Part shown: positions 9,811 through 20,973 of the stretch, one piece after another | Layout of the letters: each line of letters starts with the position of its first letter | How positions within the stretch are numbered: the first letter of the stretch is position 1 | Source: an uncultured Ruficoccus sp. | GTDB lineage: Bacteria; Verrucomicrobiota; Verrucomicrobiia; Opitutales; Cerasicoccaceae | NCBI GenBank assembly: GCA_965140785.1 | Contig: OZ223514.1 | Location: forward strand, 160,001-224,000 | Length of the DNA: 64,000 nucleotides | Direction: 5' to 3' | The notes under the pieces: model-generated | Told to the model about the DNA's origin: nothing | What the model saw: the letters and a program-made list of their open reading frames with translations, nothing else | Database searches by the model: none | Position numbers and translations under genes: made by a program

Positions 9811-11985
9811 ATGAATGTTAGGGTGGAAATGAAGGAGCCGGTAAAGGCGTCGTCCGCGTGGATCTGGTTCCCGGGTGATGGCGCTTTCGGCATCCTGCGA
9901 AAAAAACTCGCTCGTCCCAGGGACGGGGGGAACTTGACCCTGCAGTGCGCGGCCTTTGACCGCTACGAACTTTACCTTGACGGGCGGTTAGCCCTTGAGG
10001 GCTCCTTGCCGGGCGACCTGCCACGCTGGATTCCCATCGACGCCGTATCGATTTCATTGTCACCTTCGGACCAGCCCTTGCTCGTCGAGGTGCTCGTTTA
10101 TCACAGCCGTTTGGAACGCATACACTATCGCGGAGAGAGTCGGCCCGGATTCTGGGCTATGCTGACGCTCGACGGTGATCAGTACACGACGGATTCGACC
10201 TGGCAGGCAGCCGGTCTGGAGGCATGGAAAAGGGCCGCTCCGCGGATGAATCACGTGCTCGACCCTCTGGAGGATGTGGATATCACCGGAGCGCAGTGGC
10301 GCTGGCGCGAGCAGGGTTGCGTTCTGGATATTGACGATGACTTCAGTTGGCAGGACGCGCAGGTCGTGGATTTACCCGATCCGCTTCGGTCAGAGGTCGG
10401 GTGGGAGCACAAAGCGGGATTTGTGAGCCGCTCCCTGTGTCCGGCGCGGCATTACTGGCTCGGCTGGGCAGGGGAAGATGCGGTGCCGGCTTTTACGGCG
10501 ACAGCCCAGGCGAATGCAGGCGGGGCGCTCGATCCGTCCCCGCAAACAGGTCCCCTCTGCGAGCGCGTCATCGACCCTTTCCGGCACGATCTCTGTGTGG
10601 TGGATTTTGGCGAAGCCGTTACCGGGATGCCGTGCGTGGAAATCGATACGCCGGTCTCCCTGATGGTTGAGCTGGGGTGGGCCGAGCGGCTCTCCTCTGA
10701 AGGGTTGCCTGTCATTTACGGCAAGGGGACGCTCTACCAGGCCCGCTATCGCGTGCCGCCCGGTCGCCACGAGCTCAAGCCTTTTCACTGGAGCGGATTC
10801 CGTTACCTGCGTGTGGGGATCGAAGCGCAGCCCGAGGGGACGGCAAGCATACGGCTGTCGGCCTGTGCCATTCGCCGCGCACTCAGTCTCCCTGCGGTGA
10901 GACCGACTCACTCCGGAGGCACAGCAGTGGCGAAGATCGAGGTTCTGTGCCGGACAACCCTGGAGAAAACCCTGCCCGAGTATCCGGCGGACTGCCCGAC
11001 CCGGGAAAAGGCTCACTACTGGACGGACGGTCTTTTTATCAGCCTGGCCCTGGAGCGAATATACGGGGAGGCGGTCTTTGCGGATTGGTATTGTGAGGCC
11101 TTTCGCCGGGTGCCCATGCAGGTCGGAGGCCTCTTCAGCTCCGTCTATCCGGGCGATCACCGGGTGTTGGTGGACGCGTGCCTGGCGCCGGTGATCGGCT
11201 GGCGTTACCGGCGTGCGCTTCGGGGGGAATTTACGGTGGACACCGGGCTTTGGGCGAAGGCTCTTCGGGTCAACGCATGGTATGAGAAGCATGTCAGTGG
11301 TAGTGGACTGCTCGAAGTGCCGGGCTGGGAACCGGATGCCGGTGAGCTGGTCTTTCTGGATCATCCTGGCTTGCCCTGGCACCACTTCGCGCACCCCTCG
11401 CTGGACCGGCGCAATCCCAGTGCGGCGCTCAATCTTTATTACCTGGCCTTCCTCCAGTCTCTCCTGCAGGCTGCGGCGGAGAGGGACGGGGAGTTGGAGG
11501 AAGTGCTTGCCGATCGGACGGCTGCACTTTCACAGGCGATCCGGGAAACTTTCTGGGACGGGGCTGTGCTGCGGGACAGCGACTTCCGGCGCTATCCGGA
11601 CGCGGGCGTGTCCTGGCTGGCCAACTCCTTGGGCGTGGTTGGCGGCGTGCTGCGCGGCGAGGAGGCGGTGAACGCGATGCGGACCATGATGGAAAGCTAT
11701 GACACGGTGTGCCGCTGTACGCCCGGGACGATTTTCTGGTTTCTCCAGGCCGCCAGCCTGACGAAGCTTTTTGGCGAAACCGAGCAGATACTGGGTCGGC
11801 TTTTTGGAAAAATGCTCAAGGCGCAGGCGACGGCAACCTGGGAAACTTTCGACGGCGAGTTGGAGGACAGCTTGTGCCATCCCTGGCTGGCGGCGCCGGT
11901 GGCCATGTATCTGGCTGATCCGGAGGGGTTCGGCTGTTCTCCACCCCTGTTGGCCTGTGTGGCGTCGAAGGGCAGGACTGGATAG
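9811..11985 (+). CDS. GH78-like alpha-L-rhamnosidase family protein
   Basis: VDFG, GFRYL, DCPTREK, ATATWE, SLCHPW motifs; no signal peptide evident. Confidence 0.78.
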   Translation: MNVRVEMKEPVKASSAWIWFPGDGAFGILRKKLARPRDGGNLTLQCAAFDRYELYLDGRLALEGSLPGDLPRWIPIDAVSISLSPSDQPLLVEVLVYHSRLERIHYRGESRPGFWAMLTLDGDQYTTDSTWQAAGLEAWKRAAPRMNHVLDPLEDVDITGAQWRWREQGCVLDIDDDFSWQDAQVVDLPDPLRSEVGWEHKAGFVSRSLCPARHYWLGWAGEDAVPAFTATAQANAGGALDPSPQTGPLCERVIDPFRHDLCVVDFGEAVTGMPCVEIDTPVSLMVELGWAERLSSEGLPVIYGKGTLYQARYRVPPGRHELKPFHWSGFRYLRVGIEAQPEGTASIRLSACAIRRALSLPAVRPTHSGGTAVAKIEVLCRTTLEKTLPEYPADCPTREKAHYWTDGLFISLALERIYGEAVFADWYCEAFRRVPMQVGGLFSSVYPGDHRVLVDACLAPVIGWRYRRALRGEFTVDTGLWAKALRVNAWYEKHVSGSGLLEVPGWEPDAGELVFLDHPGLPWHHFAHPSLDRRNPSAALNLYYLAFLQSLLQAAAERDGELEEVLADRTAALSQAIRETFWDGAVLRDSDFRRYPDAGVSWLANSLGVVGGVLRGEEAVNAMRTMMESYDTVCRCTPGTIFWFLQAASLTKLFGETEQILGRLFGKMLKAQATATWETFDGELEDSLCHPWLAAPVAMYLADPEGFGCSPPLLACVASKGRTG

Positions 11986-12060
11986 CCCCCGTAGATTTTA
12001 TTACGCTTTCTGAATTATATTTTTAATAAATCGCTTATTTGAAAAATACATTTATTTGCT

Positions 12061-12096
12061 TTGACACTCGCCTTTAGTGCTATTTAAATCGATTTT
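12061..12096 (+). promoter_or_regulatory. Sigma70-like promoter overlapped by an AAATCGATTT palindrome
   Basis: TTGACA at 12061, TTAAAT 17 nt later; TAAATCGATTTT at 12085-12096 is the exact reverse complement of AAAATCGATTTA at 8503-8514. Confidence 0.5.
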
Positions 12097-12279
12097 ATGT
12101 CAACCGGCCCTGTGGCCGTCGGGCACTATTCTTCGCCGTTCCCTTTTTAAACCCCTGCTTTGATACCCTTTGTTTTGAAGTACCACCCCTTTCGAGCCGT
12201 GGTCGTCGGCTTCGGCTGAAGAGGATTTTCCTTACCCAAAACCCATCCCAAAAATAATCCCAATACGACGAATACAAAA

Positions 12280-13014
12280 ATGAAAACTCAGTACATGTTC
12301 CCTATTCTGGTTGGCCTTCTGCTCGTCGCGGTGACTGGCTCAGCCAATGCGCAGGTTTCGTTCACGGACGATTTTAATCGTGCCGATGCCAGTGACCTGG
12401 GTCCCAACTACACCTACTATAACAACTTCGCATCCAGCAGTGCGGCGGACGCCATCTCCTCGAATACCGCGATCTCGACCATCGCCAACTCGCAGAACAG
12501 CATGGCTCTTGTTGTCGAGAGCGCCTTCATCGTGCAGCCCGGCGATGCCTTCACCCTCGAAGTTGATCTGCAAAGCAACTCTACCGAATCGAACTGGGGC
12601 GGCCTTGTTTACAATTTCCAGGACGCGGACAATTTCAGCTATGTTCGTTGGAAGTCCTCCACCGGGGATGTGCAGGCGATTACCATCGTCAACCAGAACA
12701 TCAGCAGTTTTGCTTCGCTCAACGATACCGATTTCATGACGACCGAAACGGTTCACATGGCCCTCAGCGGTGATGGCAGCGGGAACTATACGGTTACGCT
12801 CTCCAGAAGCGGCGTGGATGATGCCAGCCTGGACTGGACGAATACGACCTTTACCGAGGGAGAGGTCGGGATGTATTATACCGGAAACGGCACAGGCTCC
12901 AGCCAATGGACCTTTGATAATCTTTCCGCCAATATCCCCGAAAGCCGATCGACTGCGATCCTGCTGGGTCTGGGCGCGGCCCTGGCGATGCTCTTCATGC
13001 GGCGGCGCAAGTAG
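12280..13014 (+). CDS. PEP-CTERM-type sorting domain protein (beta-sandwich-like body)
   Basis: Signal peptide ending ANA; C-terminus IPES + transmembrane segment + MRRRK. Confidence 0.9.
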   Translation: MKTQYMFPILVGLLLVAVTGSANAQVSFTDDFNRADASDLGPNYTYYNNFASSSAADAISSNTAISTIANSQNSMALVVESAFIVQPGDAFTLEVDLQSNSTESNWGGLVYNFQDADNFSYVRWKSSTGDVQAITIVNQNISSFASLNDTDFMTTETVHMALSGDGSGNYTVTLSRSGVDDASLDWTNTTFTEGEVGMYYTGNGTGSSQWTFDNLSANIPESRSTAILLGLGAALAMLFMRRRK

Positions 13015-13145
13015 TTTTCCGGGCAAACGGCCAGCGGGGACGAGGGACATTTCCATTACCCGCCGGTTATGCTAGACAGTCCATGGATTATTTCGCACAG
13101 GGCCTTGGGTTCCTGCGCGGGAGGTACGTATGGATGGGTTAATCC

Positions 13146-15293
13146 ATGCATGAAGCACTCTTTAGAAAGCACCATTCTGTGAACACGAAAAACGTTCGTC
13201 TTTCTGCCCTGGCCGGCCTGCTCGTCTGTGGTCTTGCCTCCTCTTCTCTGCTTGGAGAAGAAACGATGCCGGAGGTGGAGACCGCTTGCATTGTGGTAAA
13301 AGCCTCGGAGACATTGGGACCGGTTAACACCCGGATCTTCGGGCATAATCTCTCGGCCGGGGATGGCGCGGGTATCTTCCCCTCCGGCACTCAGGAGCGG
13401 ACCATCATGACCGCGGATGGGCTTTGGGATCCTGGGACAGGAAAGGCCGTGCCGAAGATGGCCGAGCTGGCCGAGGAGGTGGGGATATCCATGATGCGCT
13501 ATCCGGGCGGATGCCTGGCGCACAACTACGACTGGAGGGAAACGGTCGGTCCGGTGGAGCAGCGCGGGCATGATAACTGGAGGTTTGGGTTGGATGAATA
13601 CCTGGCTTTCTGCGAGGAGCTGGGGGTGGAGCCGGTTATCACCGTCAGCGATTACGTGCTCCCGGCGGAGGAGATGCCGCAGCATGCGGCAGAGCTGGTG
13701 GAGTACCTGAACGCGCCCGCCACGCCCGAGCATCCCTGGGCCATGCGCCGCAAGGAGTGGGGACACCCGGAGCCCTACGGTGTGGGTTGGTTCGAACTCG
13801 GCAACGAGTCCGAGCACGGCAACCATGACGTGAGCCCGCACCGCGTTTACACCCCCGAGCAGTACGCGGACTATGCCGTCAACACGGCCCGCGCGATGAA
13901 AGCCGTGGACCCCTCGATCAAGGTCGGCGTGGTGATGGTGCCCGGTGCCGGCCAGGACGTTTACTGCGATTGGAATGAAACGGTCGCCCGGATCGCGGGG
14001 CCGGTGGCGGATTTTGTCGTCGTCCACATTTACACGCCCAAGGTCGTCAAGGATGTGCCGATCTCTCCGCGTCAGGAGGTTGACCTCATCGAAGCGATGA
14101 TGGGGGCACCCGAGCAGATCGACTACCACCTCAAGGATTACCGCCGAATGATCGAGGAGCAGTGCGGGCGCGCACTGCCGCTGGCCGTGACGGAGTTTAA
14201 CATCGGCGCGGTCACCAACGTCCCCCGTCCTTACCGTTTTACCTACGGCGCCGCGCTCGAGTGCGCGGACCTGATGCGGGTCTTTCTCCGGCCCGAGAAC
14301 GGCGTGATCATGGCGCAATACTGGCAACTGGCCAATGGCTACTGGGGCATGCTCGACTCGACCGGCCCGCTGGCGGATCCCACCATTGCGGAGCGGCCGG
14401 CTTTTCCGGTGTTCCGGCTATTTACCCGTCACGTGGGAGAGACACTGGTGGAGACGGAGGTAGATGCCCCGCTCAAGTCTTCCGCCGGATACCTGGGAGT
14501 CTACCCCGCCGATGCCGATGAGCATGAGCCGGGTGGGGAAGTGCTGGCCGTGATCGACAGCGATGAAATTCTCCAGCAGGTGTCCCTGAATAAATTCCCG
14601 GGAGAGGAAGTTTCGGCCAGCTTGGAGGACGGGACGCTGACGGTGACCATCGACGGCCTCTCAAAGAGCCGTTACCCGGCCTTTGCCGTGATCGATCGTC
14701 CCGCCGGGATTGAGGGACCATGTGACTACCGCTTCAGCTACGAGGCGCGTTTCATCGGGGAACCGGATAAGCCGACGCCCCCGGCGACGGTGGGGCTCAT
14801 GGACAAGCGCGGTTACGACCAGACCGGCTCAGCGTTGCGGATCAGCGGAGGGACGGCGCATGAGTGGACCGAGTACAGCGGTATTTTCAATGCTCTGGTC
14901 GATGCCCCGGGGGTAACCCTGCTGACCCGCCTGGAAGGGGGGGGCGGTCTGACCGGGACCCTGCAAATCCGTAATATGCGGCTCGAAGTCCTCAGTAAGG
15001 AGCGCTTCACGGAGTACCCGCTGCTGACGGCCATGGCCACCCTTTCCGGAGACGGCGAGACGGCCACCCTGATCGTCATCAACAAAAGCGAGACGCAGGC
15101 TATCCAGACGGATATTTTGTTGGATGGTTTCGAGGCGACAAGTGCCCGGCTGTGGCAAGTCAATGCTCCCGACCTGCTGGCGCAAACCGGTGTCTCCCAA
15201 ACCCAGACTGCCGTGCCGCTGGCTCTGGACCAGGGCGATGTCACCTACGTTTTTCCCGCTCACTCCATCACTGCTATCGAATTTCTGCGATGA
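13146..15293 (+). CDS. GH51-like alpha-L-arabinofuranosidase family protein, secreted
   Basis: MRYPGG, FGLDEY, HPEPYGVGWFELGNE (acid/base), VTEFN (nucleophile), C-terminal FPAHSITAIEF. The true start may be slightly downstream. Confidence 0.85.
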   Translation: MHEALFRKHHSVNTKNVRLSALAGLLVCGLASSSLLGEETMPEVETACIVVKASETLGPVNTRIFGHNLSAGDGAGIFPSGTQERTIMTADGLWDPGTGKAVPKMAELAEEVGISMMRYPGGCLAHNYDWRETVGPVEQRGHDNWRFGLDEYLAFCEELGVEPVITVSDYVLPAEEMPQHAAELVEYLNAPATPEHPWAMRRKEWGHPEPYGVGWFELGNESEHGNHDVSPHRVYTPEQYADYAVNTARAMKAVDPSIKVGVVMVPGAGQDVYCDWNETVARIAGPVADFVVVHIYTPKVVKDVPISPRQEVDLIEAMMGAPEQIDYHLKDYRRMIEEQCGRALPLAVTEFNIGAVTNVPRPYRFTYGAALECADLMRVFLRPENGVIMAQYWQLANGYWGMLDSTGPLADPTIAERPAFPVFRLFTRHVGETLVETEVDAPLKSSAGYLGVYPADADEHEPGGEVLAVIDSDEILQQVSLNKFPGEEVSASLEDGTLTVTIDGLSKSRYPAFAVIDRPAGIEGPCDYRFSYEARFIGEPDKPTPPATVGLMDKRGYDQTGSALRISGGTAHEWTEYSGIFNALVDAPGVTLLTRLEGGGGLTGTLQIRNMRLEVLSKERFTEYPLLTAMATLSGDGETATLIVINKSETQAIQTDILLDGFEATSARLWQVNAPDLLAQTGVSQTQTAVPLALDQGDVTYVFPAHSITAIEFLR

Positions 15294-15383
15294 GTTCCCC
15301 CTATGAACAGGATTGTCGTTTTATCATTCGCGGCATAAGCCGATACTGACTTTTAACCGACGCTTCGTACCCCTCCAGCCCTC

Positions 15384-16112
15384 ATGACCCCTTCCCCCAC
15401 CAGAGAACACGCTCGCCCGACGCTTAGGAAGCCGCGTGTCGCGGGGCACGGCTTTACCCTGGTCGAACTGCTGACGGTGTGCGCCTGCATTGGTATCCTG
15501 ATGCTTATTCTCTTTCCGGTGATTTCGACGATACGGGCGCGTTCGCAGAGTACGAAGTGCCAGTCGAACCTCCGGCAGATCGGTGTGCTGGCCAAGATGT
15601 ACAGCAATGACAACCAGGGTAATATTCTGCCGATGTACTACCCGAGTGACGACCCCAACGGCTTGTCGAAGAAACACTGGACGGGCCTGTTGGCTCCTTA
15701 CATGGATGGGGATTTTGACGGGAATTATTATCCCTCCTACGACGAGCTGCCTCTGTTTATATGCCCGGCTGAGCCGGACATTTTTGGCTACGGGTTGAAC
15801 TACTTCTGGTTATCTCCTTTCACCACGGAGTACGGGCCGGGGCTGCGCGTCAAGCTGGTCAAACAGTACGAGGTAGCCGATCCGACCCAGACCGTTTTTA
15901 TCACCGATGTCACCTTGGATGCCAACGACAACTGGCATCCCTATGTCAGGCCTCCCACCATGTGGGCGGGCTGGCAGTCGGGTGCGCCTAACCAGACGGC
16001 ATTTCGCCATCCCAACGATACGGCGAACGTATTATGGTTCGATGGGCACGTCAGTTCGGAAACAGGTGGCACTTCCTTCACTCAGGACGCGGAGTTGTGG
16101 GACACCCTTTAA
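15384..16112 (+). CDS. Prepilin-type N-terminal cleavage/methylation protein with H-X9-DG domain
   Basis: GFTLVELL; KCQSNLRQIG; FRHPNDTANVLWFDGHV. Confidence 0.92.
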   Translation: MTPSPTREHARPTLRKPRVAGHGFTLVELLTVCACIGILMLILFPVISTIRARSQSTKCQSNLRQIGVLAKMYSNDNQGNILPMYYPSDDPNGLSKKHWTGLLAPYMDGDFDGNYYPSYDELPLFICPAEPDIFGYGLNYFWLSPFTTEYGPGLRVKLVKQYEVADPTQTVFITDVTLDANDNWHPYVRPPTMWAGWQSGAPNQTAFRHPNDTANVLWFDGHVSSETGGTSFTQDAELWDTL

Positions 16113-16172
16113 GTTTGGGGTTGGGACTCACGCGCTTTGGCTGGATTTCTCCTGCGTCCGCAGGGCCGGGCG

Positions 16173-17222
<1,050 letters not shown>

Positions 17223-17647
17223 AGTTACCTGTCTCTCCTCTGTATTCTCATTAGCAAACCCCGCGCCGATCGGCGCATAAAGGGTGCGCTTCGTAGGGGG
17301 TGAGGGGGTGGGCGGCAACTGTGAAATCAGTTATACAAAGAACCTGGCCCGGGTAATAAGAACGGGTGTCGAGGGTATAAGCCGTGGTATAAGCCGGCTG
17401 GTTCCGATGGTGGGTCACAAGGCGGTCAGGACGGGGTTCATTTGACTCCCGGTCAAGGGGTTGGAGGAGAGCGATGAGGGTTGGGTGCGGTTTTGCTGGA
17501 AATCTCGCGCAGATTCTCCGATATACAGGGGTAGGATGTCATCCTCCCGTTTAGGACCCCCCTGTGGATATCCCTGCTGGCTGTCCGGCTTTCCTCCAGA
17601 TGGAGGGGCTTGTTTTACAGCGATAAATCAGAGGTCCGGACTTTACT

Positions 17648-17661
17648 TTACTATTTAGTCA
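17648..17661. promoter_or_regulatory. Candidate TetR operator (autoregulatory copy)
   Basis: TTACTATTTAGTCA, 12/14 match to the palindrome at 18331. Confidence 0.6.
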
Positions 17662-17675
17662 ATTATATTTGAACC

Positions 17676-18284
17676 ATGGGCAGACACAGTAATGCCAAGG
17701 AAAAGCTAATCGAAGCCATCATCGATCTGATGTGGGAGCGTTCCTATGGAATGGTCACTATTGACCAGATCTGTCAGAAGGCCGAGGTCAAAAAAGGCAG
17801 CTTCTATTACTTCTATAAATCCAAGAGCGAGCTGACCATGGAAGCCCTGGAGGTGTATTGGGAGGCCAATATCCGCGAGAAGCTGGATACCATCTTTTCC
17901 CCGACCAAGACCGGGGTTCAACGCCTCATCGACCATGCGGATTTCAAGTATAAATGGGCCAAGGAGCTCAAAGCCAAGCATGGTAAGTTGTTCTCCTGCT
18001 GCATGTTTACGGTCGGTCAGGAGATGTGTAATGTCGATCAGGACTTGCGCGACATGGTCCAGGCGTTTCTGGATCGCAGCATGCGCTATTTCGTGACCGC
18101 GGTTCGCGATGCGGCCAGCGAAGGGCTCATCCAGACCGACGATATCGAAGGGACGGCCGCCGGGCTTTTCAGTTGCTACGAAGGCATGTTCGCGCGAGCC
18201 CGCATTGCCAACGATCCTGAGATTATGCGCAATCTCAAGGCCAGCTATTTGCGCATCCTCGGGGTGCCTCAGTTGGTCGCCTGA
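17676..18284 (+). CDS. TetR/AcrR family transcriptional regulator
   Basis: N-terminal HTH TIDQICQKAEVKKGSFYYFYKSKSEL. Confidence 0.93.
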   Translation: MGRHSNAKEKLIEAIIDLMWERSYGMVTIDQICQKAEVKKGSFYYFYKSKSELTMEALEVYWEANIREKLDTIFSPTKTGVQRLIDHADFKYKWAKELKAKHGKLFSCCMFTVGQEMCNVDQDLRDMVQAFLDRSMRYFVTAVRDAASEGLIQTDDIEGTAAGLFSCYEGMFARARIANDPEIMRNLKASYLRILGVPQLVA

Positions 18285-18330
18285 GTAATTTCGAAAAAAG
18301 TTTTCCCGGGGCTTGATTGTTTCCGATTCT

Positions 18331-18344
18331 TGACTAATTAGTCA
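18331..18344. promoter_or_regulatory. Candidate TetR operator upstream of the efflux operon
   Basis: Perfect palindrome TGACTAATTAGTCA ending 15 nt before the outer membrane factor start. Confidence 0.7.
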
Positions 18345-18359
18345 TCTATAAATTTTCGG

Positions 18360-19769
18360 ATGCTACAATTTTTGCGACAACCTACTGTCCTGCCACTGCT
18401 TGCTGCCGTGCTCTTGCTGAGTGCCGGTTGCGCGGTTGGGCCGGATTACGAAAAACCTGACTTTCCCGCGCCGGCCGGTTATTCTTCGCCCCTCCTCGAT
18501 CAGGAAGGAGAAGCAATACCCATGCCGCTTCCCGGCCAGTGGTGGCTCGTCTTTGACGATCCGGTTCTGGACGAGCTGATCCTGAGCGCCAGCGGGCAAA
18601 ACCGCACCCTTCGGGCCGCCTATGACCGCTGGCTGCGTGCGGAAACGCTCATTCGCCGCGAACGGGCCGAGGGTCTGCCCCATCTGGATGCCGAGGCCAG
18701 CTACACCCGTGAGCGGCTTAGTCAGGAAACGCTGCTGATGGACGGCAATACCGACCAGAGTGTTTACAATGTCGGGGCCGCCGCCGCGATGGAGATCGAC
18801 CTCTTCGGGCGGGTGCGCCGCCTGGTGGAGGCCGCCGCGGCCGACGCCGATGCCGAGCGCGAGGCGCTGGCTGACCTGCGTCTGTATATCCAGACCGAGG
18901 TGGCTATCACGTACTACCGCATCCGTGCCATCGAGTCGGAACTCAGCTACGTGGAGGAAAGCCTCGGTACGCGCCGCCAGTCGCTGGACGTGGTGCAGAA
19001 CCGCTTCGAGGGTGGGGCGGTCAGCGAGCTGGATGTGGCCCAGGCCGAGTCCCTGCTGGAGACGACCCAGGCCGAGTTCGCCCGGCTCAAGCGCGAGCAG
19101 GCCATTCTTATTAACGCGTTGGCCGTGCTTACCGGGCAGCCCGCTCCGACCTTTTCTGTGACGGTGACGCCGCTGGACGGCACGCCCCCGCGCGTGCCCG
19201 CCGGTATCCCCTCGGAGCTGCTGTTGCGTCGCCCGGACATTCGCCAGAGTGAGCGCAAGCTCGCCGCCGCCAACGCCCGCATTGGCGTGGCCACGGCTAA
19301 CTTTTTCCCCCGGGTGACCATCGCCGGAGACATTGGGCTGTCCGCGCTCGACGCGGCGCAGTGGTTTCAGTCCAGCGCCGGTTTCTGGGCCATCTCCCCG
19401 CAAGTCTCCATCCCGCTCTTCGAAGGCGGGCGGCTGCGGGCCAACCTCGACGAGACCCGGCTCGCCTACGCCCAGTCCGTCGCCGAGTACGAGCAGACGG
19501 TCCTCGACGCTTTTGCCGAGGTGGAAAACGCGCTCGACTCCTGGCAATGGCTGAGCGAGCAGCGTGCCGCCGAGCAGCGTTCGGCCGATGCCGCCGGGCG
19601 CGCCCAGAAGATTTCCAGCCAGCAGTATGACGGCGGGCTGATCGACTTTATCACCGCCCTGGACTCCGAGCGGACCGCGCTGGAGAGCCAGCGCCGCCTG
19701 GCCATCACTATCGGGGCCGAATACACCAACGCCGTTCAGCTCATCCGCGCCATCGGGGGCAGCTGGTAA
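18360..19769 (+). CDS. RND efflux outer membrane lipoprotein (NodT/OprN-like)
   Basis: Lipobox LSAGC-AVGPDY; EIDLFGRVRR; PSELLLRRPDI; C-terminal AIGGSW. Confidence 0.95.
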   Translation: MLQFLRQPTVLPLLAAVLLLSAGCAVGPDYEKPDFPAPAGYSSPLLDQEGEAIPMPLPGQWWLVFDDPVLDELILSASGQNRTLRAAYDRWLRAETLIRRERAEGLPHLDAEASYTRERLSQETLLMDGNTDQSVYNVGAAAAMEIDLFGRVRRLVEAAAADADAEREALADLRLYIQTEVAITYYRIRAIESELSYVEESLGTRRQSLDVVQNRFEGGAVSELDVAQAESLLETTQAEFARLKREQAILINALAVLTGQPAPTFSVTVTPLDGTPPRVPAGIPSELLLRRPDIRQSERKLAAANARIGVATANFFPRVTIAGDIGLSALDAAQWFQSSAGFWAISPQVSIPLFEGGRLRANLDETRLAYAQSVAEYEQTVLDAFAEVENALDSWQWLSEQRAAEQRSADAAGRAQKISSQQYDGGLIDFITALDSERTALESQRRLAITIGAEYTNAVQLIRAIGGSW

Positions 19770-19789
19770 CTTTTTTCCATTCATTGACC

Positions 19790-20932
19790 ATGAAATTCTC
19801 TCACTCCCTTTCCGCTGCGGCGACGCTTGCCGCCGTCCTCTTGTTCTCCGGCTGCCAGGAAGAGGCGCCGCCCCCGGGCCAGCCACAGGCGCTCGACATC
19901 GACGTGGCCGATCCCGAGGTGAAATCCCTCATCGAGTGGTCCTACTTCACCGGACGGCTGGAAGCAGTCGAAAGCGTCGAGGTCCGCGCCCGCGTCAGCG
20001 GCTATCTCCAGTCGGTCAATTTCGAGGAAGGCCAGCTTGTGAACAAGGGCGACCTGCTTTTCGAGATCGACCCGCGTCCCTTCCAGGCCGAGGTCAACCT
20101 GGCCAAAGCCCGCGTGGCTCAGGCCGAGGCGGCCAAGACGCTGACGGATGCCAATAAAAAGCGCGCCGAAAATCTGATCCAGACCAACTCCATCTCCCAG
20201 GAGCAGTTGGACATCCGCCACAGCGAGGCCCTTCAGGCCGACGCGGACCTGATCGCCGCGCAGGCGGAGCTGGAGGCCGCCGAGCTGGACCTGGAGTTTA
20301 CCAAGATCAAGGCGCCGATCTCCGGCATTGCCGGTCGCTATGGCCTCACCGAGGGCAACCTCGTCCAGGGCGGCAGCGCCCAGGCCACCCTCCTGACGAC
20401 CATCGTGCCGCAGGATCCAATCTATGTCACCTTCGACGTGGATGAGAACAGCTACCTCGAGGGCATGCGCAAGATCCTCTCCGGCGAGCTGCCCGGACGT
20501 GCGCAAAACGGCAACATCCCGGTGGAAATCCAGCTTTCCGACGAGACCGAATTCAGCCGCCGGGGCATGATCAACTTCAAGGACAACCGGCTCAACCCCG
20601 GCACGGCCACCATGCACGTGCGGGGTCTGCTGGAGAATCCCGACGGCTTCCTCACCCCCGGCATGTTCGCCCGCGTGCGCACCCCCGCCTCACGTGAAGA
20701 GGAGCGGCTGCTGGTGCCGGATCTGGCGGTGCAGACCGACCAGGAGCTGAAGTTCGTCTGGGTCGTCAGCCCGGACAATACCGCCGAGCGCCGCACGGTC
20801 GAGGTCGGCCCCCTCCAGCAGAACCTTCGCATCATCCGCTCCGGGCTTGAGCCCGGCGAGCGTGTCGCCGTTTCCGGCATCCAGTTCCTGCAACCGGGCA
20901 TGCCGGTCGCCCCGCGCGACGCTGCCCAATAG
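19790..20932 (+). CDS. RND efflux periplasmic adaptor subunit (MexE-like)
   Basis: Lipobox FSGC; VEVRARVSGYL; LFEIDPRPF; IKAPISG; LTPGMFARVR. Confidence 0.95.
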   Translation: MKFSHSLSAAATLAAVLLFSGCQEEAPPPGQPQALDIDVADPEVKSLIEWSYFTGRLEAVESVEVRARVSGYLQSVNFEEGQLVNKGDLLFEIDPRPFQAEVNLAKARVAQAEAAKTLTDANKKRAENLIQTNSISQEQLDIRHSEALQADADLIAAQAELEAAELDLEFTKIKAPISGIAGRYGLTEGNLVQGGSAQATLLTTIVPQDPIYVTFDVDENSYLEGMRKILSGELPGRAQNGNIPVEIQLSDETEFSRRGMINFKDNRLNPGTATMHVRGLLENPDGFLTPGMFARVRTPASREEERLLVPDLAVQTDQELKFVWVVSPDNTAERRTVEVGPLQQNLRIIRSGLEPGERVAVSGIQFLQPGMPVAPRDAAQ

Positions 20933-20973
20933 CCTTTCACGGCGCATCACTCGTCCTTCACCGCCGAAGACCT

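Noticed and set aside
17374..17396. GGTATAAGCCG tandem duplication
   Set aside because: Only two copies and no spacers; not CRISPR-like and no evident function.
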